From Halopelagius fulvigenes (GTDB taxonomy: Archaea; Halobacteriota; Halobacteria; Halobacteriales; Haloferacaceae), in the NCBI RefSeq assembly GCF_042662625.1, contig NZ_JBHSXH010000015.1, positions 973,909 through 1,037,908 on the forward strand: a stretch of 64,000 nucleotides of DNA, written 5' to 3'. Positions within the stretch are counted from its first letter, which is position 1; each line of letters begins with the position of its first letter. The notes beneath the pieces were generated by a model that was given only the letters and a program-made list of their open reading frames with translations, searched no databases and was not told where the DNA came from. Both the position numbers and the translations under genes were made by a program. Below, one piece after another: positions 49,031 to 59,713 of the stretch.

Positions 49031-51160
49031 TTACTGCGGACTCGGGCTGGACGGCCCGGAGACCTTGTTCTCCTGCGAGAGTGCGGAACCGGTGATGCTC
49101 TTGAGGCGGGCTACGAGAGAGTCCTTCTCGGGTTCGCCTTCCAGAGCGATGTCGAGCACCTCGCTGATGTGGGAGACGGGGATTATCTCCACCATCTCGC
49201 GGTACTCGTCTTCGATCATCACATCCTGCATGTTCGCGGCGGGGATGATGACCTTGTCACATCCGGTCTTCGCCGCGGCCTCGATCTTGTGCGTGACGCC
49301 GCCGACGGGGAGCACGTCGCCGCGGACCGACAGACTGCCGGTCATCGCGAGCGACTGGTCCACGCCGACGCCTTCGAGCGCCGAGATGACCGCCGTCGCG
49401 ACGGTGATGGAGGCGGAGTCGCCGTCCACGCCGCCCTGTCCGGCCTGGACGAACTGGATGTGGATGTCCTTCTCGGAGATGTTCTCGTCGGAGAACTTCT
49501 TGATGATGGCCGAGACGTTGTCGACCGCCTCCTGCGCCATCTCCTTCAGCTGACCGGTGGCGATGACCTCGCCCGGCCCCTGCGAGGGCGTGACCTCGGC
49601 CATCACGGGGAGCATGATGCCGGAGTCCTCGCCCATGACCGCCAGACCGTTGACGCGGCCGACTTGGTAGCCCTCCGCGACCTGCAGTTCGTAGTCCTTG
49701 CGGCGTTCGATGTAGTCGTCCGCGAGCTGCTGCTCGATGGAGCGACTGCGACCCTTCGCCTGCAGGACGTGGTCGCGCGTCACGACGTCCGCGTCCTGTC
49801 CGCGGGCGATGTCGCCCGAGACGCGGACGAGACCGCCGAGGTTGCGGAGTTCGAGCGTCAGGTGACCCTTCCGGCCGGCGCGGCGGCGGGCTTCGAGGAT
49901 GGTCTCCTCGATGGCCTCCGCGGAGAAGTCGGGCAGGCGGCCGTCTTTCTCGACCTCTTGGGCCACGAAGCGCACGTACTTGCGGCGCATCTCCGGGGTG
50001 TCCTCGATGGTGTCGTCCATGTACACCTCGTACCCGTACCCCTTGATGCGGGAGCGGAGCGCGGGGTGCATGTTCTCCATCGCGTCGAGGTTACCCGCGG
50101 CGATCATGATGAAGTCCGTCGGGACGGGTTCCGTCTGGACCATCGCGCCCGAGGAGCGCTCGGACTGGCCCGTGATGGAGAACTCGCCCTCCTGAATCGC
50201 CGTCATGAGGTGCTGCTGGCTGCGGATGTCGAGCGTGTTTATCTCGTCGATGAACAGCACGCCCTTGTTCGCCTTGTGGATGGCACCCGGTTCGACCCGG
50301 TCGTGACTCGGCGTCTCCATGCCGCCGGACTGGAACGGGTCGTGGCGGACGTCGCCGAGGAGCGCACCGGCGTGCGCGCCGGTCGCGTCCTCGAAGGGCG
50401 CGGCCGTCTCGTCGGCGTTGTTCACGATGAGGTTCGGAATCATCGCGTCGCTTCCGCGAGAGCCGTAGCGGAACGCCAGATAGATGATACCCGCCGCGAG
50501 GATGCCGAGCAGAATCTGCCCGGCGATGATGAGCGAGTAGCCGAGGACGATGGCGATGATGATCCACATGAGGAACGACCGCATCTGGTTGCGCTTGCGG
50601 GCCTCCTCCTTGTGGGCCTCGACTATCTGCTCGCCCTTGCCGGCGGGGACGGTGCGTACCTTCGGGTTGTTCCCGTCGTCGGGGTTGTGGTAGACGAGGA
50701 CGTCCTGAAGCTCCTCTTTGGGGAGGAGTTCGGCCATTGCCTTCGCGAGCATCGACTTGCCCGTACCGGGCGAGCCGATCATCATGACGTGGCGGCGCTG
50801 CTTTGCCGCCTTTATCACGACGTCGCGGGCGTGTTCCTGACCGATAACCTGATCGACGAGCCTGTCCGGGACCTGAATCTCCTCGGTAGAATCTATCTGC
50901 AGACCGCCAAGAAGATCGTCTTCGTCGATATCGTCGGCGACGTCCGCCGTGACCTCGACTTCGCTGCCGAGGTCGTCGATGGTCCCTTTATCGGGGTCGT
51001 CAGACCCTGTCTGACGGCCCGCAGAGCCACGCTCTGCGACCCCGTCGTCAGGTCCGGACTCCGGAAACACCTCGTCGTCGGACGACGAGTCGGGGGTCTC
51101 GTCGGAGACGTTCTCCCCCTCCTCCGGAAGGTTGTCGTCGGTGTCGGTGTCGTTACTCAT
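49031..51160 (-). CDS. lonB: archaeal-type Lon protease (LonB; AAA+ ATPase with inserted membrane anchor + Ser-Lys protease domain)
   Basis: Walker A (GSPGTGKSMLAKAMA); two TM helices inserted in the AAA module; protease domain (...GDSASITVATAVISALEG...). Confidence 0.9.
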   Translation of the reverse strand: MSNDTDTDDNLPEEGENVSDETPDSSSDDEVFPESGPDDGVAERGSAGRQTGSDDPDKGTIDDLGSEVEVTADVADDIDEDDLLGGLQIDSTEEIQVPDRLVDQVIGQEHARDVVIKAAKQRRHVMMIGSPGTGKSMLAKAMAELLPKEELQDVLVYHNPDDGNNPKVRTVPAGKGEQIVEAHKEEARKRNQMRSFLMWIIIAIVLGYSLIIAGQILLGILAAGIIYLAFRYGSRGSDAMIPNLIVNNADETAAPFEDATGAHAGALLGDVRHDPFQSGGMETPSHDRVEPGAIHKANKGVLFIDEINTLDIRSQQHLMTAIQEGEFSITGQSERSSGAMVQTEPVPTDFIMIAAGNLDAMENMHPALRSRIKGYGYEVYMDDTIEDTPEMRRKYVRFVAQEVEKDGRLPDFSAEAIEETILEARRRAGRKGHLTLELRNLGGLVRVSGDIARGQDADVVTRDHVLQAKGRSRSIEQQLADDYIERRKDYELQVAEGYQVGRVNGLAVMGEDSGIMLPVMAEVTPSQGPGEVIATGQLKEMAQEAVDNVSAIIKKFSDENISEKDIHIQFVQAGQGGVDGDSASITVATAVISALEGVGVDQSLAMTGSLSVRGDVLPVGGVTHKIEAAAKTGCDKVIIPAANMQDVMIEDEYREMVEIIPVSHISEVLDIALEGEPEKDSLVARLKSITGSALSQENKVSGPSSPSPQ

Positions 51161-51406
51161 AGTAGTCTAACACGCTTTCCAGTTCCTGAGAGCGGCGCTC
51201 CCGTCCGGTCGTTTGCCGGTTGAGTGCCTGATACTCATAGAACTGTGTCGCTACTACAATGGTGGGTCGCTCAACTGATATACTTTCTCCCCGCATCCGA
51301 CCGACGCACTCCCCAATTAAACGGACGTTTCAGGGCGTTTAACAACGGATTAGGTGATTTATTACGACTCGCACACTTTATAAACGATGCGCGGGAAAAC
51401 AGGACC

Positions 51407-51949
51407 ATGCGGGGGTTCTACATCGGCCGGTTTCAGCCATACCACAACGGTCACCACCAGATGGTCAAAGAGATAGCCACGGAGGTAGACGAACTCGTCC
51501 TCGGAATCGGGAGCGCCGGCGACTCCCACTCGACGCGGAACCCGTTCACCGCGGGCGAGCGAATCATGATGGTCACGAAGTCGGTCGTCGACTTCGACAT
51601 CACCACCTACGCCGTCCCCATCGAGGACTTAGAGCGCAACTCCGTGTGGGTGAGTCACGTCCAGAGCATGTCCCCGGCGTTCGACGTGGCGTACTCGAAC
51701 AATCCGCTCGTCATCCAGCTGTTCAAGGAGGCGGGCGTCGAAGTGCGGCAGTCCCCGATGTTCAACCGAGGGGTCCTGCAGGGGACCGAACTCCGCGACC
51801 GGATGATATCCGGCGAGGACTGGCGGAGCCTCGTCCCCGAACCGGTGGCGGGCGTCATCGACGAGATCGGCGGCATCGAACGCATCCAACGCGTGAGCGA
51901 CACCGACTCCGGCGGGTATGACACCGACGAGGGGACCGACCCCGCTTGA
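51407..51949 (+). CDS. nadM: nicotinamide-nucleotide adenylyltransferase, archaeal type
   Basis: MRGFYIGRFQPYHNGHHQMV (H/TxGH motif); 180 aa. Confidence 0.8.
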   Translation: MRGFYIGRFQPYHNGHHQMVKEIATEVDELVLGIGSAGDSHSTRNPFTAGERIMMVTKSVVDFDITTYAVPIEDLERNSVWVSHVQSMSPAFDVAYSNNPLVIQLFKEAGVEVRQSPMFNRGVLQGTELRDRMISGEDWRSLVPEPVAGVIDEIGGIERIQRVSDTDSGGYDTDEGTDPA

Positions 51950-51953
51950 CACG

Positions 51954-52721
51954 ATGATAACGCTCGCTTCCGACTTCGGGTCGCCGTACCCCGCGGCGAT
52001 GAAGGGCGTCATCCTGCGGGAGAGCGACGCCCGCCTCGTGGACGTGACGCACGAGTTGCCGCGACAGGACGTCCGCGCGGCGGCGTTCTGGACGCGCGAG
52101 ACGCTTCCGTACTTCCCGCCGGCGGTCCACCTCGTCGTCGTGGACCCCGGCGTCGGCACCGACCGCGCGGCGCTCGTCGGGCGCGTCGGCGACCACGCCG
52201 TCGTCGCCCCGGACAACGGCGTCGTCCGCCCCGTCGCGCGGCGCATCGCCGCCGAGACGGGCGAGGACCCCGAGTGGTTCACCTACGAGTACGACGACCC
52301 GGCCTCGACGACGTTCCACGGCCGCGACGTGTTCGCCCCCGCCGCCGCCGCCGTCCACGAAGTCGGCGTCGGGGAGTTGGAATCGCTCCCCTCGATAACC
52401 CCCGCGGACGACGCGGTGGACCTCCGGTTCCCGACGGCGTCCGTCGAGGGCGACGAGGCCCGCGGCGAAGTGCTCGTCGTGGACGACTTCGGCAACGCGG
52501 TCACGAACGTCCCCGGGGCGTTCCTCGACGGGCGGACCGGCGACACCCTCTCGGTGAACGGGACGGACGCGCCCGTCGAGACGGCGTACGCCGCGGTGGA
52601 ACCCGGCGACCGACTCGTCACCGTGGGGAGTCACGGCTACGTCGAGTGCGACGTGAACCGGGGGCGCGGCGACGACGCGTTCGGCCTCGAACCGGGCGAC
52701 GACGTTCGCCTGCGGTTCTGA
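51954..52721 (+). CDS. SAM hydroxide adenosyltransferase / SAM hydrolase (DUF62, fluorinase-like fold)
   Basis: MITLASDFGSPY...VVDPGVGT...; start 5 nt after the nadM stop. Confidence 0.7.
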   Translation: MITLASDFGSPYPAAMKGVILRESDARLVDVTHELPRQDVRAAAFWTRETLPYFPPAVHLVVVDPGVGTDRAALVGRVGDHAVVAPDNGVVRPVARRIAAETGEDPEWFTYEYDDPASTTFHGRDVFAPAAAAVHEVGVGELESLPSITPADDAVDLRFPTASVEGDEARGEVLVVDDFGNAVTNVPGAFLDGRTGDTLSVNGTDAPVETAYAAVEPGDRLVTVGSHGYVECDVNRGRGDDAFGLEPGDDVRLRF

Positions 52722-52725
52722 GCGA

Positions 52726-53274
52726 CTACTCGATTCGCCCCCGAAGGAGGCACTCGCGGACCGTTTCGCCGAGCACCTCCGCCTCCCGTTCTTCGACGGC
52801 CTCGTACCCCCGCGACCGATAGAACGAGCGCCCGACCCGGTTCTCGGCGAGGACGCGCATTTCGAGCGTCTCACAGTCTTCCTGCCGGCAGAACTCCTCG
52901 ATTCGCGCCAACAGCGCGGTTCCGACGCCCTCGCCCCAGTAGTCGGGTTCGACGTAGATGGCGCTGAGCGTCGCGACGCCCTCCGTCTCGCCCGGTCCGC
53001 CCGCGGCGAACCCGACGACACCGACGGGGTCCGTCCCCCGGTCCGCCGGAGTGCGGCCGGAGGCGTCCGCCTCCAGTTCGGCCACGAAGTACGCCGCGTC
53101 GCCGCCCTCGACGAATGCCCGCGTCGCGTCGGGCGCGTACCACTTCGCCATCGCGGCGTCGATCGTCTCCCGCGAGAGGATGTCGCCGTAGGCGGTGTTC
53201 CATCCGCGCCGGGCGATGCGTCGGACGGCGGGCACGTCGTCGGCCGTCGCGTCGCGAACCGTCACCTCGGTCAT
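52726..53274 (-). CDS. GNAT family N-acetyltransferase
   Basis: (IYVEPDYWGEGVGTALL) acetyl-CoA motif A. Confidence 0.7.
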   Translation of the reverse strand: MTEVTVRDATADDVPAVRRIARRGWNTAYGDILSRETIDAAMAKWYAPDATRAFVEGGDAAYFVAELEADASGRTPADRGTDPVGVVGFAAGGPGETEGVATLSAIYVEPDYWGEGVGTALLARIEEFCRQEDCETLEMRVLAENRVGRSFYRSRGYEAVEEREAEVLGETVRECLLRGRIE

Positions 53275-53424
53275 GGCGAGGCGTTCGACCGACTCCGAAG
53301 TAAAGACTCGGTGAGAGGAGGGTCGGACGGTCGGGGGACGGAGCGGCGAGAGAAAATCGGGGGAGGTGACGTCGGACGGCGACTACGGCCAATCTGAGCT
53401 AGCAACTTCGTTGCTGCCACAGAT

Positions 53425-54165
53425 ATGTTCGATTGTGTCGTGGCTACTGCTCTCTTGGGAGGTCTTCTTTTAATAGGTTCAGGCCGCAGCACACGCGTAG
53501 TGATGCTACTAGAGCATCTAATAGGGGAGAACAGAGATTCAATCGGTAGTCGGCACCAGTATCCTTACCTCATTGTTGTTCTGATGCTGATGGTAGATGT
53601 GATATTATTCCTTTGTCTACCTCAGAAACAGATGTCAGTGGTAATCTCGATTGAAGGACTAATCCTGGACGTTATAGGGGCATCTCTTCTTGCTACCCTT
53701 GATACGGAATGGCTGTATGGGCGGTATGCGAATGAGGATGCCTCTGATCGAGTTAATGCATTCTATGACGGCTATGAGGAGCTAAGCCGTAAATTAGAGC
53801 TTGATAATACGAACTCCAAGTTCAGGCCTCTCGCTATGGCTGTTAAACAAGCCCTTGATGACAAGGTAGAAATTACAGCCCTCAAGATAGACGTTTCCGA
53901 AGTGAATTCTTGGGAGCGGTTGTTTGCTAATCGAGAGAATCCAATTCAGGCATTTGAACAGCATCACATGATCTTCAAGAACCTCCCACAGGTACGCGCT
54001 ATCACAGATAGTGACGAAGAAATCCCTCTTGGGTCACACCGACATGTAAAGAGAATGGTCCCTGTTCAAAATTATGTTCGTGACCAAAATCAGAAATATT
54101 TCCGATCTGCGATGATCATTTTTATATTGGGATTCTCCTTCCAAATTTTCTCATACGCGTTCTAA
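53425..54165 (+). CDS. orphan membrane protein encoded in a low-GC island (3 N-terminal TM helices, ~130 aa soluble domain, C-terminal TM helix); no recognisable family
   Basis: Only long ORF in the AT-rich segment 53390-54275 (~45% GC versus ~68% flanks). Composition is non-halophilic (Asn/Ile/Lys/Phe/Tyr-rich, low Asp/Glu excess). Confidence 0.55.
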   Translation: MFDCVVATALLGGLLLIGSGRSTRVVMLLEHLIGENRDSIGSRHQYPYLIVVLMLMVDVILFLCLPQKQMSVVISIEGLILDVIGASLLATLDTEWLYGRYANEDASDRVNAFYDGYEELSRKLELDNTNSKFRPLAMAVKQALDDKVEITALKIDVSEVNSWERLFANRENPIQAFEQHHMIFKNLPQVRAITDSDEEIPLGSHRHVKRMVPVQNYVRDQNQKYFRSAMIIFILGFSFQIFSYAF

Positions 54166-54279
54166 TCTCTATTTTCCAGAGCGAGGAAGGTGCACCACCG
54201 ATGACTGAATCCCATCGGGCGAGAGTCGGTGATTAACCACCGAAAGCGTAGAGTTCGCCCGACAGAGTATCTCTATTCT

Positions 54280-55851
54280 CTACTTCGCGGCGATGACGTC
54301 GTCGATGCGGAGAATCATCGTCGCGGCCTCCGTCGCGGACTCGACCGCTTCGCGCTTGACGGCGGCGGGGTCGATGATGCCGCGTTCGACGGGGTCGCCG
54401 ATTTCGCCGCTGCGACCGGTTGAGATGATGCCGGCGACGCCCTCGCTCTCGTAGCGGGCGCGGAGGTCCACGAGGGCGTCGATGGGGTCCATGCCGGTGT
54501 TCTCCGCGAGGGTGCGCGGGAGGGCTTCGACGGCGTCGGCGTACGCCTCGACGGCCAACTGCTTGCGGCCCTCGATGCTCGCCGCCGCGGAGCGGAGGTG
54601 GTCGGCGATGGCGATTTCGGTCGCGCCGGCGCCGGGGACGACGCCGCCTTTGTCCACCGCGGCGACGACGACGTCGACGGCGTCGTTGACGGCGCGTTCG
54701 AGTTCGTCAACCACGTGGTCGGTGCCGCCGCGGAGGAACAGCGTCACGGACTTCGCCGCCGCGCCGCCCTCCACGAAGGTGAGTTCGTCGTCGCCGAACG
54801 TCCGGGCCGAGACGGCCTCGGCGCGGCCGAAGTCGCTCGATTCGAGGTCGGCGACCGACCCGAGGCGCTTCGCGCCCGTCGCGCGGGCGATGGCCCGGGC
54901 GTCGGACTTCTTCACGCTCTTGAACGCGAGGATGCCCTCGTCGGCGAGGTGGCCCGCCACGCGGTCCGAGATGGACTTCGTACAGAACACCACGTCGACG
55001 CCCGCGTCGGCGAGCGTCTTCGCGTAGCCGCGGAGTTCGTCGTCCTCGGCTCGGATGGCGGCGTCGAGTTGCTCGACGGAGGTGATGTTGTACTCCGTGT
55101 CGAGTTCGCCCTTCCGCACGTCGAGTTTCACGTCGAGGACGGCCACGGTGGCGTCTTCGACGCGCAGGGGCATGTTGTCGTGGACGCGTTCCTTGTCGAT
55201 GACGACGCCCTCGACCAGTTCGGTCGCCGAGGAGGAGGACCCGGTGCGCGTCGTGATGCGCACGTCGTCCCGGTCGAACGTCTCGTTGTCGTCGTGGACC
55301 ATCCGCACCGCCCCGACGACGTGTTCGGCGAGGACGTCGGCGGTCACGTCACCGGTTCCCTTGCCGGTCATCGACGACTCGGCGACCTGTTCGAGGAGTT
55401 CGTCGTCCAGTTTGACGGCCAGCAGTTGCTCGTCGATGGCCTCCTGCGCGAGGCGGGCGGCCTCGTTGTACCCCTCGACGATGACGGTGGGGTGGAGGTC
55501 CCCTTCGAGGAGGTCCTCGGCGTGGACGAGGAGTTCGCCCGCGAGGACGGCGGCGGTGGTGGTGCCGTCGCCGACTTCCTCCTCCTGCGTCCGGGCGACT
55601 TCGACGATCATCTGCGCCGCCGGGTGTTCGATGTCCATCTGTTCGAGGATGGTCGCACCGTCGTTGGTGATGACGACTTCACCGGAGGAATCGACGAGCA
55701 TCTTGTCCATCCCGCGGGGGCCGAGCGTCGTCCGGACGGCGCTCGCGACGGCCTTTCCGGCGCGGATGTTCGAGTCCTGCGCGGCCTGACCGTTGGTCCG
55801 GTTGCTGCCGCTCGCCAGAATGTACAGTGGTTGCTGCATACGTGTCGCCAT
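54280..55851 (-). CDS. ths: thermosome subunit (group II chaperonin)
   Basis: ([33 protein letters not shown]) signatures; 523 aa. Confidence 0.9.
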   Translation of the reverse strand: MATRMQQPLYILASGSNRTNGQAAQDSNIRAGKAVASAVRTTLGPRGMDKMLVDSSGEVVITNDGATILEQMDIEHPAAQMIVEVARTQEEEVGDGTTTAAVLAGELLVHAEDLLEGDLHPTVIVEGYNEAARLAQEAIDEQLLAVKLDDELLEQVAESSMTGKGTGDVTADVLAEHVVGAVRMVHDDNETFDRDDVRITTRTGSSSSATELVEGVVIDKERVHDNMPLRVEDATVAVLDVKLDVRKGELDTEYNITSVEQLDAAIRAEDDELRGYAKTLADAGVDVVFCTKSISDRVAGHLADEGILAFKSVKKSDARAIARATGAKRLGSVADLESSDFGRAEAVSARTFGDDELTFVEGGAAAKSVTLFLRGGTDHVVDELERAVNDAVDVVVAAVDKGGVVPGAGATEIAIADHLRSAAASIEGRKQLAVEAYADAVEALPRTLAENTGMDPIDALVDLRARYESEGVAGIISTGRSGEIGDPVERGIIDPAAVKREAVESATEAATMILRIDDVIAAK

Positions 55852-55976
55852 AGTTATGAAACCTCACCCCTCCAGACGTTTGCAGTTCTATAAATACGTT
55901 TCGGCCCTCGGCGCGGCGTAACCGCACGACGGCGGCGGGAGGCGTGCTATCCCGCGTCGAAGCGGAAGCGAATCTC

Positions 55977-56285
55977 TCAGACGGTTCGGTGCGCCTCGAC
56001 GGTCACGTCCTCGCCGCTCGTGACCGTGACGACGTACTCGGCGTAGGTGAACGAAAAGAGGCCCTCGACGTGCGTCCGCGACCCCTCGAACAGTTCGTTC
56101 AGCGCGTCGGGGTCGATACCGGCGTCGTAGAGGGGCGGAAGCGAAATCTCGGAGACGCCCTCCGCGGCGGCGACGGCGCCGACGACGGCCATCGCAACCG
56201 TCTCGTACTCGGCGGCGTCCACGAGAGACCCCTTCTCGTGGACGATCATCTCGGACTGTGGGATTCGCTCCTCTGACTCGGACAT
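55977..56285 (-). CDS. HalOD1 (halobacterial output domain 1) family small protein
   Basis: MSESEERIPQSEMIVHEKG...PPLYDAGIDPDALNELF... The ORF-track N-extension to 56429 overlaps the divergent gene start and is dropped. Confidence 0.5.
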   Translation of the reverse strand: MSESEERIPQSEMIVHEKGSLVDAAEYETVAMAVVGAVAAAEGVSEISLPPLYDAGIDPDALNELFEGSRTHVEGLFSFTYAEYVVTVTSGEDVTVEAHRTV

Positions 56286-56427
56286 ACAGAGCACTACGGA
56301 GTCACCGGCCGTTACGATGACCGTTGACCGCACAACCCATTTAAGTACTCCCGTCCGGGGGAGGCGGGGGCGGCGCGGGGTGGTGCAACCTACAAGATAT
56401 TTGAACTCGTGGGGGTTCCGAGAGAGC

Positions 56428-57255
56428 ATGCTGGAGTTGGAACACGGGTTTCGGGTCGTGGACGTCCACGCCCGACTCGACCCCGACGGGGAGTCGGTGT
56501 CAACCCGGGGGCGAGAGGTGGGGCCGGAGCGATTGGAACGGGAACTGCATCAGGCGGGCGTGGTGAAAGCCGTCGTCTCGCCGGGGCGTCGCCCGGAGGG
56601 GATGGGGTACCTCCGCGCGAACAACGCCGTCGCGCGGTTGAGCGTGGACCGGCCGTTCTTGGCGTTCGCGCGCATCGACGGTCCGCGCGACCCGAGCAAC
56701 CGAACCTCGGCGCGCCTGCGCAACCTCACGGCCTCGCGGTCGCAGACGCACGTCGACCCCGAGGACGTGGAGAAGTACGCCTACGACGACCGGTTCTACG
56801 GGTTCACGCTCGCACCCGCCGCGGACGGCCTGCCGGACGAGGAGACGTTAGACCGGTTGGAGGACGTGGGCCTGCCCCTCCTCGTGCACGCCGGCGCGGA
56901 GTTCCCGCCCGTCGCCGCCGCGGAGACGTTGCTCCGACGGGAGTTGCCCGTGATACTTGCCGGGTTCGGCGGCTTTCCGCTGAACCGCGATCTGATGAAC
57001 GAGGCCATCGAGATGTTGGCCGACCATGACGAACTCTATCTCGACACGAGTTTCGTCCGCTACCGCAACGTGTTGGAACGCGCCCTCCTCGAACATCCCG
57101 ACCGCGTGCTGTTCGGAAGCGGCGTCCCCGAGACGCACCCGAACGTCGGCGTCATGGAGGTGCTGACGCTCGACGTCTCCGAAGACGCGATGCGCCGCGC
57201 GTTCTCGAAAAATCCGGCGCGCGTCGTCCCCGAACTCGGCCCGGGCGAGGACTGA
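56428..57255 (+). CDS. amidohydrolase-2 family TIM-barrel metal-dependent hydrolase
   Basis: Start MLELEHGFRVVDVHARLDPDG (HxH-type metal site), ...LLVHAG..., ...DTSF... Confidence 0.55.
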   Translation: MLELEHGFRVVDVHARLDPDGESVSTRGREVGPERLERELHQAGVVKAVVSPGRRPEGMGYLRANNAVARLSVDRPFLAFARIDGPRDPSNRTSARLRNLTASRSQTHVDPEDVEKYAYDDRFYGFTLAPAADGLPDEETLDRLEDVGLPLLVHAGAEFPPVAAAETLLRRELPVILAGFGGFPLNRDLMNEAIEMLADHDELYLDTSFVRYRNVLERALLEHPDRVLFGSGVPETHPNVGVMEVLTLDVSEDAMRRAFSKNPARVVPELGPGED

Positions 57256-57260
57256 CAGCG

Positions 57261-58163
57261 CTACCGGCGGTCGTACTTCGCGACGGCCCGGTCGGCCCGC
57301 TTCGAACAGCCGTGGGGGTTGCGCGCCGCCGACCGGTCGCGCCGCCGGGCGACGAACCCGTCCGAGGAACCCGTCGCTATGCCGACGAGAACGTCCCGTC
57401 CGATGCCGAACCAGCCCGTCGGCGAGGCGTCGCCGCGGACCACGTCTCGGGCCGACGAGAGGGCGTCCCGGCCGGCGTGCGACAGCGTTCGCCGCAGGAC
57501 GGACGGCCGGACGCCGTAGTTCTTCACGAGTCGGTACGAGAGCGCCCGGTACTTCCACCCCCAGTCCCGTTCGGTCACGCCGCCGTCGGACTCGTACTCG
57601 GTCCTGACGCACATCTCCGGTCGCCACTCAACCTCGTAGTCGAGTCCCGCGAGTCGGTGCGCCGCGTCGCGCGCGCCGCCCGTCTCCAGGTACTCGTCGA
57701 ACCCGTCGAGTCCGTCGATGACGTCCGCGCGGAAGGCGACGTTACCGCCGTTGAAGTACGTCACCTCGCGGCCGCAGACGGAGTTCCGCTCAGCGGACTC
57801 CGTCGTCATCCCGGCGCGGAGCGTCTGGTGGGTCGGCCCGGTGACGGCGTCGGCGTCTTCGAGGGCCTCCTCGACGGCGGAACGCCACCGCTCCTCGACT
57901 GCGAGGTCGTACCGGAGGAGTGCGACGGCGTCGCCCGACGCCGCGCGAATGCCCGCGTTGCGCGCGACGTTCAGCGTCCGGTCGGATATCTCGACGAGAA
58001 CGTCCACGTCGTCCCGGTCACGCACCATCCCCGTGGTCCCGTCCGCCGACGGACCGTTGACCACGATTACCTCGGCGTCGGGTGCGTGCTCGGCCAGCGC
58101 GTCGAGGCTGGTTGCGAGGCGGTCCCGACCGTTGAGCGTCGGGACCACTACCGAGAGATCCAT
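57261..58163 (-). CDS. glycosyltransferase family 2
   Basis: LSVVVPTLNGRD...EVIVVNGPSADGT... Confidence 0.65.
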   Translation of the reverse strand: MDLSVVVPTLNGRDRLATSLDALAEHAPDAEVIVVNGPSADGTTGMVRDRDDVDVLVEISDRTLNVARNAGIRAASGDAVALLRYDLAVEERWRSAVEEALEDADAVTGPTHQTLRAGMTTESAERNSVCGREVTYFNGGNVAFRADVIDGLDGFDEYLETGGARDAAHRLAGLDYEVEWRPEMCVRTEYESDGGVTERDWGWKYRALSYRLVKNYGVRPSVLRRTLSHAGRDALSSARDVVRGDASPTGWFGIGRDVLVGIATGSSDGFVARRRDRSAARNPHGCSKRADRAVAKYDRR

Positions 58164-58275
58164 ACCCGTCGGTTGCGACGCGGGAACTTAAATTTCTCCG
58201 CTCGAACGCGGCGAGGGAGGGAGCGAACCGGACGTTCGTCCGGTTCGCGGACTGTCGCCTCAGAGAAACCGTCGG

Positions 58276-58995
58276 TCAGTCCGACCGCTCGCCGACGGTG
58301 GCCCGCCAGTAGGAGACGGAGGCGAGTCGTTCTCCGAGACTCGTCTCGCCGAAGGAGGTGTCCGCCTCGCGGAACGCGCCGGCGACGCCGTTCGGAATCT
58401 TCCGGTAGAAGCCGTACGGAAGCACGAAATCGTTTCGCACGCCGGCGAGGGTGAGCCCCGCGGCGTCGAGCAGTTCGTGGACCTCCTCGTCGCCGTAGAG
58501 GCGCGACCCCATCGGCAGGAGCCAGTTGTACGCCACGCGCGCGCTGGTGTCGTTGAACGTGTCGAAGAACACCAACTCCTTCGAGACGCGCGCCATCTCC
58601 GCGAGAAACTTCGCCGGCGTGTCCGCGAGGTGGAAGAACCGCATGGCGAAGACCGCGTCGAAGTGGTCGTCGGGGAAGGGAAGGCGCGCGGCGTCGCCTC
58701 TGAGGAACTCGATGTGGTCTTCGACGCCCGCGCGGCGCGCCTTCTCGCGGCCCTGCGTCATCATCGCGCGGGAGATGTCGAGCCCCACGATGTTCGCGCC
58801 CCGTTCGGCCAGCATCACGGTGAACCGGCCGGTCCCGCAGGCGATCTCGAGGACGTCTTTGTCCTCGACGGGACCGAGTGCGTCGAGGACCGCTCTCTTC
58901 TCCCGGTGGTCGATGAGTCGCCCGCCGCGGGAGAACCGCTTCGAGTCGTACTCTTGGGCGACGTCGTCGGCCTGATACCACTCCTTTCCTTTCAC
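58276..58995 (-). CDS. class I SAM-dependent methyltransferase
   Basis: VLEIACGTGRFT motif I; 239 aa. Confidence 0.75.
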   Translation of the reverse strand: MKGKEWYQADDVAQEYDSKRFSRGGRLIDHREKRAVLDALGPVEDKDVLEIACGTGRFTVMLAERGANIVGLDISRAMMTQGREKARRAGVEDHIEFLRGDAARLPFPDDHFDAVFAMRFFHLADTPAKFLAEMARVSKELVFFDTFNDTSARVAYNWLLPMGSRLYGDEEVHELLDAAGLTLAGVRNDFVLPYGFYRKIPNGVAGAFREADTSFGETSLGERLASVSYWRATVGERSD

Positions 58996-59182
58996 ACTAC
59001 CCTGTTGTGCTCACCCGCGGACTAAAACCGTACTGGATGCAGTCGGGTCGGCCTCTATTCGACGCACTCAGCCTCGTCGCCCCGTTCGTCCGGTGGGCTG
59101 ACGAGCTTCGCTCGTCGACGCCGCCGAACGTCTTCGTCGCCGCCGGTCCTCGACCGACGGACCGTTCGGGAACAGTCCCCGG

Positions 59183-59575
59183 CTATTCGCTGGTGACCAC
59201 CTTGTCCGTCGGGATTCGGACGATGACGCGCGCGCCCTCCTCGTCGCCCTTGTTCGGGTACTCCTCGACGTCCATGTACCGCCGGGCGAGTTCGTCGATG
59301 TGCTCGACCGCGCCCTCCTCGTCCAACGTCGCCTCGCCGCGGACGGAGACGAACCGGTAGGGGTCGTCCGGGTCGATGACCGAGACGCCCACCTTCGGGT
59401 TCGACTCCACGTTGTTCACCTTCTGCCGGCCGCGGGCGCTGTTTATCAGGACGTACTCGCCGTCCTCGTGGTCCACCCACACGGGCGTGACGTGCGGCGT
59501 CCCGTCGGGCATCACCGTGGCGAAGTGAGCGAACGATTTCTTCTCGAAGATGTCGCGGTGGGATTCGGGAATCAC
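59183..59575 (-). CDS. pyridoxamine 5'-phosphate oxidase-family (split-barrel FMN-binding) protein
   Basis: (FAHFATVMPDGTPHVTPVW...) PPOX-class pattern; 130 aa. Confidence 0.6.
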   Translation of the reverse strand: MIPESHRDIFEKKSFAHFATVMPDGTPHVTPVWVDHEDGEYVLINSARGRQKVNNVESNPKVGVSVIDPDDPYRFVSVRGEATLDEEGAVEHIDELARRYMDVEEYPNKGDEEGARVIVRIPTDKVVTSE

Positions 59576-59713
59576 GGCGGAGGGGTTCGCGCGCGGCGAC
59601 CAAAGGGAGTTGGGCAGATGTCCTTATACATAGCAGAATGTGTATAAGGTGTCTGCATTGTTTTGTCACACTTGTAGCCAACCTTTACCAAGGAGTCCGC
59701 GTTTCGGATAGGT

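Noticed and set aside
54166-54279. Hairpin TCGGGCGA-N32-TCGCCCGA and possible tRNA at the right edge of the low-GC island
   Set aside because: Stem-loop is too short and lacks any tRNA features. More likely a terminator shared by the orphan gene and the convergent thermosome gene.
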